Positions 36,381 to 49,268 of a stretch of DNA of 64,000 nucleotides are shown one piece after another (within the stretch, counting starts at the first letter, position 1; the number at the start of each line of letters is the position of its first letter). This stretch comes from Lama guanicoe (Eukaryota). The stretch covers positions 3,230,151-3,294,150 of the forward strand of contig MU054001.1 in the NCBI GenBank assembly GCA_013239625.1, given 5' to 3'. Both the position numbers and the translations under genes were made by a program. A model generated the notes under the pieces. It made no database searches. It was not told the origin of the DNA and worked only from the letters and a program-made list of their open reading frames with translations.

Positions 36381-36824
36381 TACAATCCTCCATTGCCATT
36401 TAAGGAGATCGACCGTGGTAACCAAAGAATCTTTTGTCTCCTGAGCACAAACAAAATTTCTATCCTCACTCTTGAAAATAACATTAGGTGATAGAAAAAG
36501 ATAAAAACTGAGTGAAAGCTGAGGAACTCAGCCTAAGAAAAGAGGACAGATAAGCTCCGTTGAGGGGTGTGGAGTCAAGAGTTTGAGAGGCTGGTGATCA
36601 GTTGAGGAGGCTGGAGAGAGACCTGGCAGCCACTGGGGAGGAAAAGATGTTAGTGGGGGGACTTCTTAAGAGTAAGACAATGGTACTTGGTGACATAAAC
36701 CTCTCTGTCTCCACTTTAGTATCCTCGGTAAAATATACAATGCTCATTAATGCTTTGGTATAAAATATACGATGCTTATTAATGCTTTGGCTTCTCCAAA
36801 TGGATGAGAACATCCTCGTTTTGA

Positions 36825-36970
36825 TACTGTGAGCACCTGTCTCTTCCACCTGCTAGCTGTGGGCTCAGGATGGTTTCCTGTCACTTCTCTTGGACTTCAG
36901 AGTCCCCACTTAGAAGATGGGGCTACAATGAAAAAGTCATTAAACTCCCTTTCAGCTCTAAACTCCATGG
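36825..36970 (+). mobile_element. MIR/MIR3 fragment
   Basis: tcacttctcttggacttcagagtccccacttagaagatgggg...aaactccctttcagctctaaa. Confidence 0.6.
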
Positions 36971-38249
36971 TTCTCTGTCCCCATGAGGAGTTTTCTTATT
37001 TACAGAGGAAGCACTATGTGTTTTCATGGTCTTCAGGGACCCAGAAATTAACACAAGTGAATGAAGAAGCCCAGGTATAAAACAAAAGGGAGTGAGTGGT
37101 AGTGACTGCAGCAAACTAGAGAATCTAGGATTTGCTTCAAAGTGCTCACGTTTTATTTCTTCTACAAGTGTTTTGCAGGATTCCCAAATCCTGCCTTCTG
37201 GGAACCCAGTTTTGGCCTGTAGCCAAAGAGACCCAGGATGGGACATCTAGAATTCAGTTGGTTCTTTTCACCCTACAGCTCTGCTCACTTTTAGTTCCAT
37301 ACCCCTGATTAAGAAAGACAAAGCCAGCAGCTGCATTTGCTCCTGGAGACATCACATATATTAAACGGAGCAGTTGTAGGGGCAGCCAAGCTGTCGTTAT
37401 TCTGAGGCCTGGTGATCAGTTTCAAAGCTAGTAAGTACCAAGCAGCAGGTCAGCGGGGGTCCTCAGCCTGGCTCAGAGGATTCCTAGATGGTTACATAAG
37501 CAGGAATGCATGTGGCTTCAATGCAAGCTAAAGAATAGCCCAAACAAGAGCATGGCTGAGGACTTTGCTGAAGAGCCAGCTTGGCCAAGGAAAGCTTGGA
37601 GATTGGAGGAGGAAAGGGCATACCTTTCAAAACATGGAGGTGGCACATCCTGCCTCCAACAGGCTGAGGTCGGCTTTATTCGGCTCTTCTCTTTCCTGAG
37701 AGGTGGCTGCCTGGACTCGCCAGGTGGTGGCCCACTTCAGTGTGTGGCTCACTCACTACTATCATCTGGATGGGAGACCCATGAAGAACATCCCAGTAAA
37801 TATGAAGGGGCAGGAGCCAGGACTCATAGGCCCTTGGGGGCAAAGGGTTAAAAAGCCCCTGCCCTCCTAGGAAAGAGCGAGAGCTGCCTTTATTAAGCCA
37901 AGAGGAACTATTTCTTGAGCAGTTAACCTTAGCAGAGTCATTTGCAAGGCAAGCTGGGGAGGCAGAGATGAAGCAAAGAGGAGGTCTCCATCCTGAAGAT
38001 GTCTACAGTCGGAGTTGAGGGGAGATTGGAGGAGAAGCAGTTCAAAGTGACTGAGGCTTAGGAGGAAGCCAGAGTTCAAGTGTTGACTGCCCAGGTTTAC
38101 CAGGTCCCAGTCAGAGGGAGGCTCTGAAAGACGGCAGAGAATTCAGCTCTTGAGGAAAGGGGGAGGGAGGCAAAGAGAGGCCGCAGACACCCTTTGGGTT
38201 GAGACAACCCTTTGGGGTTGGGACTTTCTGGGTTGAGATAAATAGCTCA

Positions 38250-38490
38250 TTTTGCGGTGCTCTCCCAACCTGCCAGGTAACTGTGAAGTGTTTTATATGC
38301 GTTTCCACATCTAGAACAACGTTAACACCCTTCGGAGGCCAGTTCGGCTATTACCCCACTTCACAGATGGAACAAACAGAGGCATGTGGAGCTTAAGTCA
38401 CCTGCCCACGGTCTCACAGCTAGGAAGTGGCAGAGCCAGGCTAAGACCCTGCACTTTGGCGCCAGATCCTGCACTATTAAACCCCTCCAG
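38250..38490 (-). mobile_element. MIR SINE
   Basis: ctattaccccacttcacagatggaacaaacagaggca...aagtcacctgcccacggtctcacagctaggaagtggcagagccagg. Confidence 0.85.
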
Positions 38491-39289
38491 GCTGTCACTC
38501 TGACAGTGATGGTCCTGGAATCTCTAAGTAGGGGAGTTTGCAAGATGGCGCAGAAGAACGAGGCCAAAGGGAAGATGCTGAGAATCAGTACAAATGCTGG
38601 ACCAAGTCCAAGAGCTCAGAAGCACGCGTGCTTGGGTGGGATGGCATCCCTGGGAGATGGGAGTGTGCTGGAATCTCAGAAGAGGAGGAATCAGTTCTTC
38701 AAAGGTGAACCCCATTTCCACTGACCAAGCATTATTTCCCGTCCCCCAGAAGGAGGTCTGCCATGAAGATAAAGCTGTGCTGGGATGCACCGTGAGAGGT
38801 AACCCATTCAAAGAGGACTTCAAAGGCCAACAGCCCTGGGAGAGGTAACACTGGGGCATCGTTTGCCTACAAAGAGGCACAAGACTGAGGGCAAGCTTCA
38901 CTGTCAGCAAGATGGGGAGAAGGAAAGAGGAAAGGAGGGAGGGCTTCGGAATATCATAGTGGGGCAAGGAAGGAGGACCAGGTCAGGGACTTTGGAGAGG
39001 AAGATCGTATTCTGTTTGTTCTGACTTTGCCCAAAGCTAGTCTCACTTCTTGGAAACAGACCAGGGTGCAGAGAGCGGAAGAATCTCCATGCTGATGGCA
39101 TTCAGGGAAGGGAGAGAAATCTGCCCAGTGAGGGAAACAGAGTCAGGGATGCTATCAGTGGTCAGATGCTGAGCACACGGCAGCCTAGTTCACATCTTCT
39201 CTCCACATCCCATGGGTTGGCAGGCCCCACCTTAGGGGATTATTTTACCCCAGATTTTGGTAAGCACCTATGGCTCCTCTCTTCCTCTC

Positions 39290-39866
39290 TTTTTTAATTG
39301 AAGTATAGCTGATTTACAATATTGCGTTAGTTTCAGTTACACAGAAAATTGATTCAGTTATATATATTTTTTCAGATTATTTTCCATTATGTTATTACAA
39401 GATATTGAATATAGGTCCCTGCACTATATAGTAAATCCTTGTTGCATATCTATTTTGTGTATAACGGTTGTGTCAGTTAATCCCAAACTTAATTTATCTC
39501 TCCCCAACCCTTTCCCCTTTGGTAACTATAAATTTGTTTCTTATGTCAGTGAGTCTGTTTGTGTTTTGTATATAGACTCATTTGTATTATTTTTAAAATT
39601 CCAAATATAAATGCTATCATACAATATTTGTCTTTCTCTGTCTGACTGACTTCACGTAGTATAATAATCTCTAGGTCCATCCATGTTACTGCAAATTACA
39701 TTATTTCATTCTTTTTATGGCCAAGTAATATTCCATTGTATATATGTATACCACATCTTTCTAAACTAATCCTCTGATGATGGGCACTTGAGTTGTTTCC
39801 ATGTCTTGGCTGCTGTAAATAGTACTGCTATGAACATCGAGATGTATGTATCTTTTTGAATTAGAG
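39290..39866 (-). mobile_element. 5'-truncated cetartiodactyl-type L1 3' end
   Basis: ttttaattgaagtatagctgatttacaat...ctctaggtccatccatgttactgcaaat...gctatgaacatcgagatgtatgtatctttttgaattagag. Confidence 0.92.
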
Positions 39867-39954
39867 CTATCTGCTGATGTTAATGACCTCCTGGTACCAG
39901 ACTTGGGGGTGAGCTGGGAGCTGCACCCCAAGTGACTGTGGCTACACAGGAGGG

Positions 39955-40090
39955 CAAGTCTAGCGTTGCCAGATTTTCATGTGTGCTTTCCTGATGTATG
40001 ATGTTGGCAACTAGTTTTTCAGAAAACATGGCCAAACAAAACATTTCTGTAGGTCTGAACCGGTCCCCAGGCCACCACCATTCAGCTACA
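39955..40090 (-). mobile_element. MER102/MER112-like hAT-Charlie fragment
   Basis: gcgttgccagattttc...atgttggcaactag...ggccaaacaaaacatttctgtagg. Confidence 0.55.
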
Positions 40091-40099
40091 TCCTCTAAG

Positions 40100-41070
40100 T
40101 AATGCTATCAGTCGGGCTATGGTGATATTGAAGTTAATAAACAGTCCTTAGATCTCGCTGATTTAACACAGAAAAGCTTATTTCTTCTTCAAGCTCCATG
40201 TCCAACATGGGTTGTTAGGGCAGGGGTTGGGGATGGACTCTACTTGGGACCTCTGCACACCATGGAAAACCAGGGACCAGGGTGAAGGAGTCCTCATCTT
40301 AACACAGTCACTTCTGCTGGGGATTGCAAAAAGTGGTAAATTAATTACACACTGGCTTTTTTTTTTATTGAAGTATAGTTGATTTACAAAGTTGTGTTAG
40401 TTTCTAGTACAGCATAGTGATTCAGTATATATATTCTTTTTCATTATAGGTTATTACAAGATATTGAATAGTTCCCTGTGCTATACAGTATATAAAGTAG
40501 GATTTGTTGTTTATCTGTTTTATATATAGTAATGTGTATCTGCTATTCCCAAACTCCTAATTTATCTCCTTCCATTTTCCCTTTGGTAACCACAGATTTG
40601 TTTTCTATGCCTGTGAGTGTTTCACTTTTGTAAATAAGTGCATTTGTCTCATTTTTTGGATTCCACATATAAATTATATCATGTGATGTTTGTCTTTCTC
40701 TGTCTGACTTCACTTAGTGTGACAATCACTAGGTCTATCCATGTTTCTGCAAATGGCATTATTTTATTCTTTTTTATGGCTTAGTAGTATTCCATTATGT
40801 ATATATACCACAACTTCTTTATCCAATCATCTATTGATGGACATTTAGGTTGCTTCATGTCTTGGCTATTGTAAGTCGTGCTGCTGTGAACGTTGGGGTT
40901 GGTATACATTGGCTCTTAAATCTGTCACTTGATCTGCATCATTTCTATACACAGAACATTGGCCAAAGCAAATCATGAGGCCACACCCAGTTGCAAGTGG
41001 GATGGTGAGCTGCCTGGAAAGAGAACTAAAGTATGGGCGAACTGGAATATGAATAAATGAAAGTCTTGTT
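40100..41070 (-). mobile_element. MaLR LTR (MLT1L-like), split by an L1 insertion
   Basis: gatttaacacagaaaagcttatttctt...acacactggct [L1] ggctcttaaa...cattggccaaagcaaatcatgaggccacaccc. Confidence 0.7.
40358..40902 (-). mobile_element. 5'-truncated camelid/cetartiodactyl L1 3' end with TSD
   Basis: tttttattgaagtatagttgatttacaaag...ttccctgtgctatacagta...gctgctgtgaacgttgggg; TSD tacacactggct (40346-40357) and tatacattggct (40903-40914). Confidence 0.92.
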
Positions 41071-41499
41071 GACAAATGTCCTCACCTTTTTAAGTTGGAT
41101 ATCATTTGTTCTTAAATAAGATGTTACTTTCAAGTGTAGCCACTTTGTAGAGAATCAAGCGAACTACAAACTCAAGTCCCCATTTTTCCTTCCATTTCAA
41201 ACCCACCTCTTCTAGTTTAGTTGAGATGGTAAAGACAGGGAACACGGGCTGGGCTGCCACATTTAGAGGGCAGGGGAAACCAGAAACACGCTGGGTGACC
41301 ATCTCTCCTGTCCACAGGGCCTCTCTGTTGGCCCGGCTCCATCCACTTTCCCTAGAGTTCCATCGGCCAACAGGGAGAACCCCTGCCGTTCAGCCCTGTT
41401 GGGAAGGCTTGCTTTCCTGGGGACTTCTCATGGGCTCCTTTCTGCACGAGCATGTGTGTGCCCAAGCCGCCTGCGAGCCTGAAGAATCACCCCTCGTGA

Positions 41500-43060
41500 C
41501 TCCCCTCCTTCGACAGGCTCCAATTAGACACCACTTAATAGCACCTCCAATTTGACTGTCTGTCCAAGATGCCACAATGCATGGGAATTCTCCCAGAGAT
41601 TATTCCTGTTTTTCCCATCCTCAAAACAAGGAGGGGGAAATAATGCGTGATTGAGAACTAACCACCAAATGGTAAAAAAAAAATAAATAAATAAATTTGC
41701 AGTTGTGTCGCTTTGAAAACTTATTGCACAGCTGGGGGCGTGTAAAGAACTTAATTAACAAGCTTTGGCCGCCCTGTGGCCCCTCTTTGGGAGGGGGAAA
41801 AAAAATCACAGTTAAGATTTGTCCAATTAAATTATAGGAGAGTTGGTGGATTCAAAGAGAGAGACGGGTTGGGGGAATGGGCTTTCGGCTTAAAAAGAAG
41901 ATTTTTAGTCTGATGGGAGATGTATAGTCTGATTAATTCAGTGCTAAGCTTCTCTGCAGAGTTTACACAAATTCATAGGCACTTAAGAATTTTTAACCCA
42001 AATGTAATTATAGGTTTTGATAATCAGGCTTTGGTTAAATAAAGTCCCCTCTTTTCCTGTAAAAACCGTGGATGGAATATTCTGCGGTAAGGAAGCTCCC
42101 TCAAACCCCACTTTTTCTCACTTCCACAGAAAATTCCACCCAGCGCAAGAATCAGTGCCACTTTATGAGTTTAGTGGGCTCCAGTGACTTTTCCCTTTGA
42201 AGGACCCTTCCTTCATAAAAACATATGAAAAATTATCTTCATAGATAATTATAATCCAGGCGGGATTCATTTTTTCTACATGCTTTATGATTATATTCAC
42301 TTTAATTTTCTTCTCATTGAAAAAGAAATTTAAATGAAAATATCCCCATGGACCCCTAAAAGCGTGGTGAATCCTAGACATTGTGCCACATGGGTTAGTC
42401 ATCCCTACCAGGAATTTTCCATTATGAACCCAAAGAGGGACATTAGGGTGCCAGCTAAGAGCAGGTTCAAAATAACAGGGACGATGACATAATTCACGGC
42501 CAAGCAATTCATATCGGCCCACGCTAAGCACTTGTCTTTACAGCAGCCTAACCTCTCGGTCGCCCAGCCTGTGCCCCCACCCTATCCACCCCCCAAAATT
42601 GTTATTCTGACATCATTGGTCGGAAAGAATACCCAGTACAGTATGCACTCTTGGAATGACGAGTTTTCTGCCTTTTCCTAGGGGGATGTTCAGCCAAAGA
42701 CAAAAATGGGTAAGGGCAGCAGAGAAAATTCATTTGTATAAGCTGGCCCCCCTACTGTGGAATTTTCAATTATATATATCTAATTATGGCTGTCAGTTGA
42801 TGGATTCAGAAAAGACATTTTGGTCCCCCCCTCCTTTTTTTTGTCTTTTCGTCATCTCTTCTGTTAGAATGATTATAGCACACTTACACAACTAATTGCC
42901 TTACTGCTGATTAGTGATACAATTATGCAGACCCGGCTCCTTGTGTGAACAACCATCTGCAGAGAAAAAAAAAAGTGACACTATTCAAAAACTATCCATA
43001 ATTTAACCAATGTTATTCCAATGCACTGAGCCCAGACAATCGTCCAGCCTTCATATTTCA
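41500..43060. promoter_or_regulatory. Repeat-free block with candidate enhancers
   Basis: CTGTCA (42790-42795) next to TGATGGAT (42798-42805), TAATTA (42781-42786), TTAATTAA and many TAAT sites; no recognisable transposon from about 41.1 to 44.2 kb. Confidence 0.5.
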
Positions 43061-44309
43061 TACCCACCCTGGCAAGAGGAGGTTGGGTTTTGTGCGCCCA
43101 ATTCACCTCTTTAGACACACTGTGAATCAGAAAGAAAGAGGAGAGAAGAAAGTACTTCAAATGTCAACCCATAGTGGGGAATTGAAGCGTGGTTAACATC
43201 CATTCCCCCTTTGGGTAATTTTTCTTCAAATTTTATACCACTTGGCAATTTTTTGTTTCCTTTCAAACTACTGAGAAAGTGCAGATGTCTCAACTCCCCA
43301 AAGTCGGCTTGGGTGTGCTGGGGTTTTGTGGACTGTTCTCCCCAATCCTTTTCTCTCCTTTTCCCCCATAATGTTTAAAAAAAAAGAAAGAAAGAAAGAA
43401 GAGGGAAAAAGAAGGGGCTTTAATAGAATTGAAGGACTCGGGCTGCCATATGACAGTTCAATCAAGTGTCTCTTTTGTTTCCTAAGGCCAAGTGTAGCTG
43501 CCATCAAACTCAGAGACCTCAGGGGCCACAGGGAGAGCACAGGTGGATGGGCGGGGTGCTTTCTGCCCCGAGGAGTAAACAAAGAAGTGGCTTGGCCTTT
43601 CCCAACGTGCAAGACGAGATCAACCTTGTCTGCCTGGGGGAAAAAAAGAAGCAGTTAGAGGGGCCGGGAGGTTCGAAACCAGGAACAAAGTGACAGAATC
43701 TCTCCTAGTTTTAAAATAAAACTGCAGGTTGTCAGGGCCGAAAACAGCCAGTGTCTGAGGTCTCAGATTGGCAAGGTTCTCCTTAATTTAGATATGGATA
43801 TAGAATGACTTTCTAGAGCAGACAAGCATGCTGGGCGTTAATGAGAGACATTTAAGAAGAAACCCTAGAGGGTGAGATGGCCACAGGACATTTATGTCAC
43901 CAGCAAAGACGGGGCCTGGTCCTGAGAGCTTCGTGGGGAGTAACCGTGTCTCAGGTCTCAGACGGGGTTGCACTCCAAACACCGCTTCCCAAATCTTCTC
44001 TTCCCAGAACCGGAGAATCCCCCCAGCACCCAGAGCACGGCAATCAGTCTGGCCTCCCCCAGGCACCAGGCCTGACAGGCAACCATTCATTCTATTCGGA
44101 GGGTCTGTAGAAGGGGAAGCTTGATAGTCAGTGTTTGGGGTTGAGTTTGGCTTTAGAGCAGAAATGTTGATCTCCTAGCCTCTCTGAACTCCTTATAAAA
44201 AAGAGAGTTGAAGTCTGTTGGGATGATCCCCGTGTGTACTTTGAAGGAGAAAAGGTAGATATATATTCAGACAGTTTTGTTTTGTTGGGTATTTTGTGAT
44301 AATAAAACT

Positions 44310-44555
44310 AAAAATAGTAGCAACTATTTACTGAGCGCTTCCAGTGTGCCGAGCTTTTACGTGTTTTCTATTCATTGTCCCTTTCTGATCTTCACACAAC
44401 CTTCCGAGGTAGGAATTTTGATCATCCCTCTGTCTGAGGGAGGACCCTTCGGATTACTAGAGTCAAAGAGCAAAACGGGGACACACAGCTACTTGCTGGT
44501 AAGACTGGTTTGAACCGAAGCCTAGGGCTTCCAAAGCCAGAGCCTCTTAACCATG
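44310..44555 (-). mobile_element. MIR SINE
   Basis: aatagtagcaactatttactgagcgctt...atcttcacacaaccttccgaggtagg...ccaaagccagagcctcttaacca. Confidence 0.8.
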
Positions 44556-46119
44556 AAACACCATCAGCATCTCCCCAATGCCTTTAAAGAGTGTTTACTT
44601 ATACAGAGAGGACACGGTAACTCTGTTAAATATGCATTGAATGACTAATGAATGGAAGGAAAGAAGGAAGGAGGGGCAGGGAGGGAGAAAGGAAGAGCGA
44701 GAGGAAGCCACCGCCTTGCAAAGCCTGCACTGGGCTGAGTACAGCTGCGCTGTGGTCACCTTTTCCCCCAACCAGCTGTACGACCTGAGGCCAGTTGCTG
44801 GGCATCTCCATCTGTGACAGAGATGGGATCATGCACAGTTCACCTTTGATGATGCACCATCAAAAGAGAGATTGGGGAGAATATGACATTTTCCATCCCA
44901 AGGAGCCTCTCCCAGCCTCTCAAGCCAATCCTGATACCTCCTTTCCCAGTACTTGTGTAGACCTCCCCTCTGAGCCACCGGATGAAGCAACCCGTTCCCT
45001 ACTATCTTCAGTTCTTTGATCATCCCATGAGCACTGGTCTTGCCAACTTGGTTAGAAGATAAGATCTTAGAGGGCAAGAGTCTTCTTTCCTCCTCCTCCC
45101 TCACCTCCTCTTTCTCATCCTACTTTCTCCTTTTCTCTGTAAGGGTTAACTGAGTGCCTATTTTGGGTCAGTCTGGCCCCACTTCTTCTACTTGTCCCAC
45201 CAAAGTTCTGAGACTCAATAAATAAACAAATAAGATTCAATACATAAGTGGGAACTGGATCCAGGCTTGGATGATTGATCAGAGGCAGTTTCTACAGTTG
45301 GTTCTCACTCAGTCACTCTAGAAAAAGGTAGGACTCTTTGCTGGTAGGAAAGATGGTGTCTTTGGAGAGTGGCAGCTCCCACACAGGGGACCATTTGTAA
45401 GTTGGGTCCTTTTCTTTGTACTTACCTGCTGACAAAGGGGGAAAGGACCATTGATGGCATATTGTGCCCATGAGATGGGGATGGAAGTGATTCTCCCCCG
45501 AGTGATTTCTGAGGAGTTCACACTGTCAAATCTAAGTATCAGGGACCCAGGTCCCTCTGAGAGCTCAGACATGGCCTGGTAGGTAGGGTTTGATGACTAA
45601 GAGACCCCTCAAAAGTTAAGAACCCTACAGATCAAGTGACCTCACAACACAGCAAGCCTTAGCTGTCACAGTAAAACTGTCGAGTTCTCAACCTGGAGCC
45701 TCCCCACTAAGAACAGTCAGATAGAGGGTCCCAAGCCAGACCTACTCTGTCTTTTCCTTTACCTAGATGCAGGTCCCAGCAAGGCCAGACCTTTCGGAGA
45801 CCCTCCTGATGCTCAGATGGCAAATCAGATCGCTTGGTAGGGGCAGATGGGTCTCTGAGTGACATGTTGGCGTTTTTATGTATTGCAGATGCGGGGAGGT
45901 AAATGCACGTCTTCTAAGTGAAAGTGTAAGCAATTAAGCCAACGCTTCAACCAGTGCAGATAAAAACGGAGCCAGTAGCCTTCTTGGCTTCTTGTCAGCT
46001 TCATTCTGTCTTGTTTTCTCCTTTGTAATCCCTGCTTCAAACCAAAGAAGCCTGCTTCTTCACCCTTAATGCTCTCCTTCTCCTGATGTGACAATCAGTG
46101 TGTCCCAGGTAGCAGAGAC

Positions 46120-46345
46120 GACCCAGACATCCACCCATCCCATCCCATCCAGCGATCCATCCACCTAGCCAGGCAGCAACTATCCAACCACCCATTTGAC
46201 CATCCACCCATCCACCCACTCATCCATCTAACAATCCAACACTAGGGTGACTGCTCTGTACCAGGCATTAGGGTAGGCACAAAAATAAAGGCTGGAATAG
46301 ATTCTACTTCTACCTTGAAGAAGTTTGTGGTCTAGTGGGAATAAA
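46120..46345 (-). repeat. Degenerate (CCAT)n simple repeat followed by an L2 3' fragment
   Basis: catccacccatcccatcccatccagcgatccatcc... then ctgtaccaggcattagggtaggcac...ccttgaagaagtttgtggtctagtggga. Confidence 0.7.
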
Positions 46346-46424
46346 GTCCTCACTACATCCTCATCATCATCATCATCGCACCAAGTGTTAAGTGACATAA
46401 CAGATATGCTCATGATGCTAAAAT

Positions 46425-46650
46425 AATATAAATAAGATTTGTTGAGAACTCACTATATTCCCAGCCACACGTGAGGCTTTTCACATACTTAAATCTCATT
46501 TAAGCCTCACAATGATCCTCTGAGATAGACACTGTCACTTCTCTCAATTTAAATATAAAGAAACTTGTGCCACATCACATATCTATGAAGAGGTGGAGTC
46601 TCTCCTTAAAGCTGGACGGTCGGTCTGCAGACCTTAGGCTACTAACCAGC
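46425..46650 (-). mobile_element. MIR SINE
   Basis: gatttgttgagaactcactat...aatctcatttaagcctcacaatgatcctctgagatag. Confidence 0.75.
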
Positions 46651-46904
46651 AAGCTACTGCCCTGCTGGGTGGAATCCCTGATGAAGAAAGTACTCAAAGG
46701 GACTTTGCCGAGTTTCTCCAGAGAGGGGGACGTTTATGCTGGGCCTCAAAGCACTGGCAGGAGATGACCAGAGTGAGAAGGAAGGGAAGGGCGTTGCAGG
46801 CAGGTGGAAGACTGAGCAAAAGCTCAGAGGGTTTAGGGAGGAACAAACAGTTCAGTTCAAATAGCACAGAGAGCACATGGGTGCTGGTGGAATATAAGAC
46901 AACA

Positions 46905-47120
46905 ACTACAATAATAGTAGCCCCGACATCTTACGGGTGCTTGCTCTGCTGGGTACATTTAGTATATTTACGGTCCCTGCAATTCTTACAACCCCCATGA
47001 AATAAATATCATCACCCTTATTGGAGAAATTCACTCAGAGACTTGAAATGACTTGCTCAAGGTCACACAGCTAAATAAGCCTTTCAGACAAAAATGGTCT
47101 GATCCCCAGAGTCATGCACT
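46905..47120 (-). mobile_element. MIR SINE
   Basis: aattcttacaacccccatga...gaaatgacttgctcaaggtcacacagctaaataag. Confidence 0.8.
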
Positions 47121-47358
47121 TCAAGAGGTTAAGAGCCTGGGCTCTGAAGTTAGTGATCCTGGGACAAAATCCCAGCTATGCCACTTACGAGTTGTACGGC
47201 CTTGGACTAGTTACCTAACCTCACTGTGCCTCAGTTTTCTCACCTGGGTGGGGGTAATCATCATCTCCATCTCATCTGAGTGCTGTTCTAACGACTCATG
47301 AAGCAGGATGCTTTGTACTGTTTTAATAAAGGATTATTATTATCATTATTATTATTAA
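47121..47358 (+). mobile_element. MIR SINE (head-to-head with the previous copy)
   Basis: ggttaagagcctgggctctgaag...aatcccagctatgccactta...ttacctaacctcactgtgcctcagttttctcacct. Confidence 0.88.
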
Positions 47359-48100
47359 TTGGGGTCCCTTTTTCAGGGACATCTCAATGCTGTTTAAAAC
47401 AAGAGAAATAACTGGATGTTCATGAGAAAACGAGTTCCAGGTTCGATGCTAAAGAAGTTGACAGTCACCACCAGCTGGCCCCAGCTCCAGAGTGGAAAAG
47501 GGACAGCTTCAACCAAAGGTCTTATTGGTTCCAAGAAGCTCTGATGATTCTGAAGCAACTCCCAAGCCCTCCCTTAAATGTGCAGTGAACCACTCTGGGG
47601 CATTTTGACCTTGGCCAAGGGATGATGTGATGGGCTTCTCTGTGCCAGGCCTCAGCCTCAGATGGGGGATCATTGCCTTATGAGGAAGCCCCTGCTGCAT
47701 GGATTTTGGCTTCCCAGCCAACGAACCCCAGGGCTTCATGTTCTTATGCAGAGCTTATTCAGTTCCGCCCAAGTCCACCAACCTCCAACTGTAGGCCCAA
47801 TGCTCTCTAGCAAATGTGGACTTTCTGTATCGAGGGAATTGGGAAGAAAGACAGTGTGGAGCTATTTGTATTTTCTCCGTGGGAGAATGTCTATTAAATG
47901 CAATGCATTTATATCCCAATCAAAACACCCTGCTAGTCAAGACATGAGTCTCAAAATTCTGTACGGGAGCAGCCAGATGTAACTTGATGGTTCATTAAAG
48001 GCTACATATCCCTTGCAATGAGGAAAGTGATTATCTTTGCTTAGTAACATCTCATTTCTGGGGTTGAGGCTGCCATGACCACCATACTGAGAAGACAAGA

Positions 48101-48572
48101 TGTCTTAGTTTGGGTTCCCCCTATCCAGGAAACAACCCAGAGGCAACCCAGAGGTTCAAATGCAGATCATTTACCCGAGAGATGTAGAAAATCCTGGTAC
48201 AGGAGTGAGTGGGGAAGTGAGCTAGGGAAGGGAAAGTGACCAATAGAGTGTGTCTCAAAGCTCTAGCTACCAGTGTGGACAACTAAGGCTCAATCCATGA
48301 GGAAACTCTAAGGAGTGGTGTAAGCACAGGCCTCAGAATGAGCCCCTGTAGTGGTGAGAGAGCTGCGGTATTTATATACCAACTCCAGTCATTGTTTGAG
48401 AGCTGCTTCTAGGAGCTGTTAATTCCCTGGTACTTTGGGCCTACCTCCTAGGCACAATGGCTTTCTGAGGTCTCCCAGGCCTGGAGAAGCAGAGAACACC
48501 TGGAAAACAGCTGGAATGTGCTGGAAGAGTAAGACCCTTAGGACGCAGACAAGCACTGAAGGCCTGCCTCAC
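48101..48572 (-). mobile_element. ERVL solo LTR (LTR33-like)
   Basis: tgtcttagtttgggttcccc...gagtggggaagtgagctagggaagggaaag...gctgcggtatttatataccaactccagtcattgtttgagagctgc...ttaattccctggtactt. Confidence 0.8.
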
Positions 48573-48799
48573 TAATCCTCTTCAACAGAAGTTTTCTGTA
48601 TCAGCTCACTTATCCAAAGGACAGCTGTTGAGGAGGCTCAGGTATCCAGCCTTAAGCCTGATGATTAAAAGTAATTATTTGTTCATGTGAGAGCTTTACC
48701 CAAAGTCTGTTTACTCATGGGCACAATATTAATAACTTTCATTGATACAGGATATTATGAGGAGAAATGAAAGGAGGAAGAAATGACAACACCCTCAAG

Positions 48800-49268
48800 A
48801 CTTAGAAGATCTACTTTTTGAAAGTTATCTTGCATAAATGCCTGTGTACAAAGGTATATGAGCAAGGGTAGCAAATATTCCTTCATTTGTAACAAACATA
48901 ATGGAAACAGACTAAATGCCCATCACCAGGGAAAGGCTGTGGATTCTTGCAGATACTATAAAGAATGATAAAGATCTATGTATACTAACTGGAAAAAAAA
49001 TGTAAGGTAAAATTGAGAAAACCAAGCTGCCAAATAATATGTAATTGTGATTCCCATTGACATAAAAGTCATGCATATATAATATATTAATTTACTATTA
49101 CAAAGAATAACACCTATATATGTGTGGATAGATACGAAATATCAGAAAGTAACAGAGATTATTTCTGGACCTGGAATGGTCGGGGGGGCGCTTTTTTTAA
49201 TCAATGTATTATTTGAATCATTTGCTATGAAGATGTATGCATGTATGGTACTATTTGTGTAATTAAAA
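48800..49268 (+). mobile_element. L1ME (L1ME4-like) 3' fragment
   Basis: tggaaacagactaaatgcccatcaccaggg...aaagaatgataaagatctatgtatactaactggaaa...tttgtgtaattaaaa. Confidence 0.7.

Noticed and set aside
46905..47358. Inverted MIR pair as a dsRNA/editing substrate
   Set aside because: The copies are too diverged for extended pairing, and such pairs are common in MIR-rich DNA
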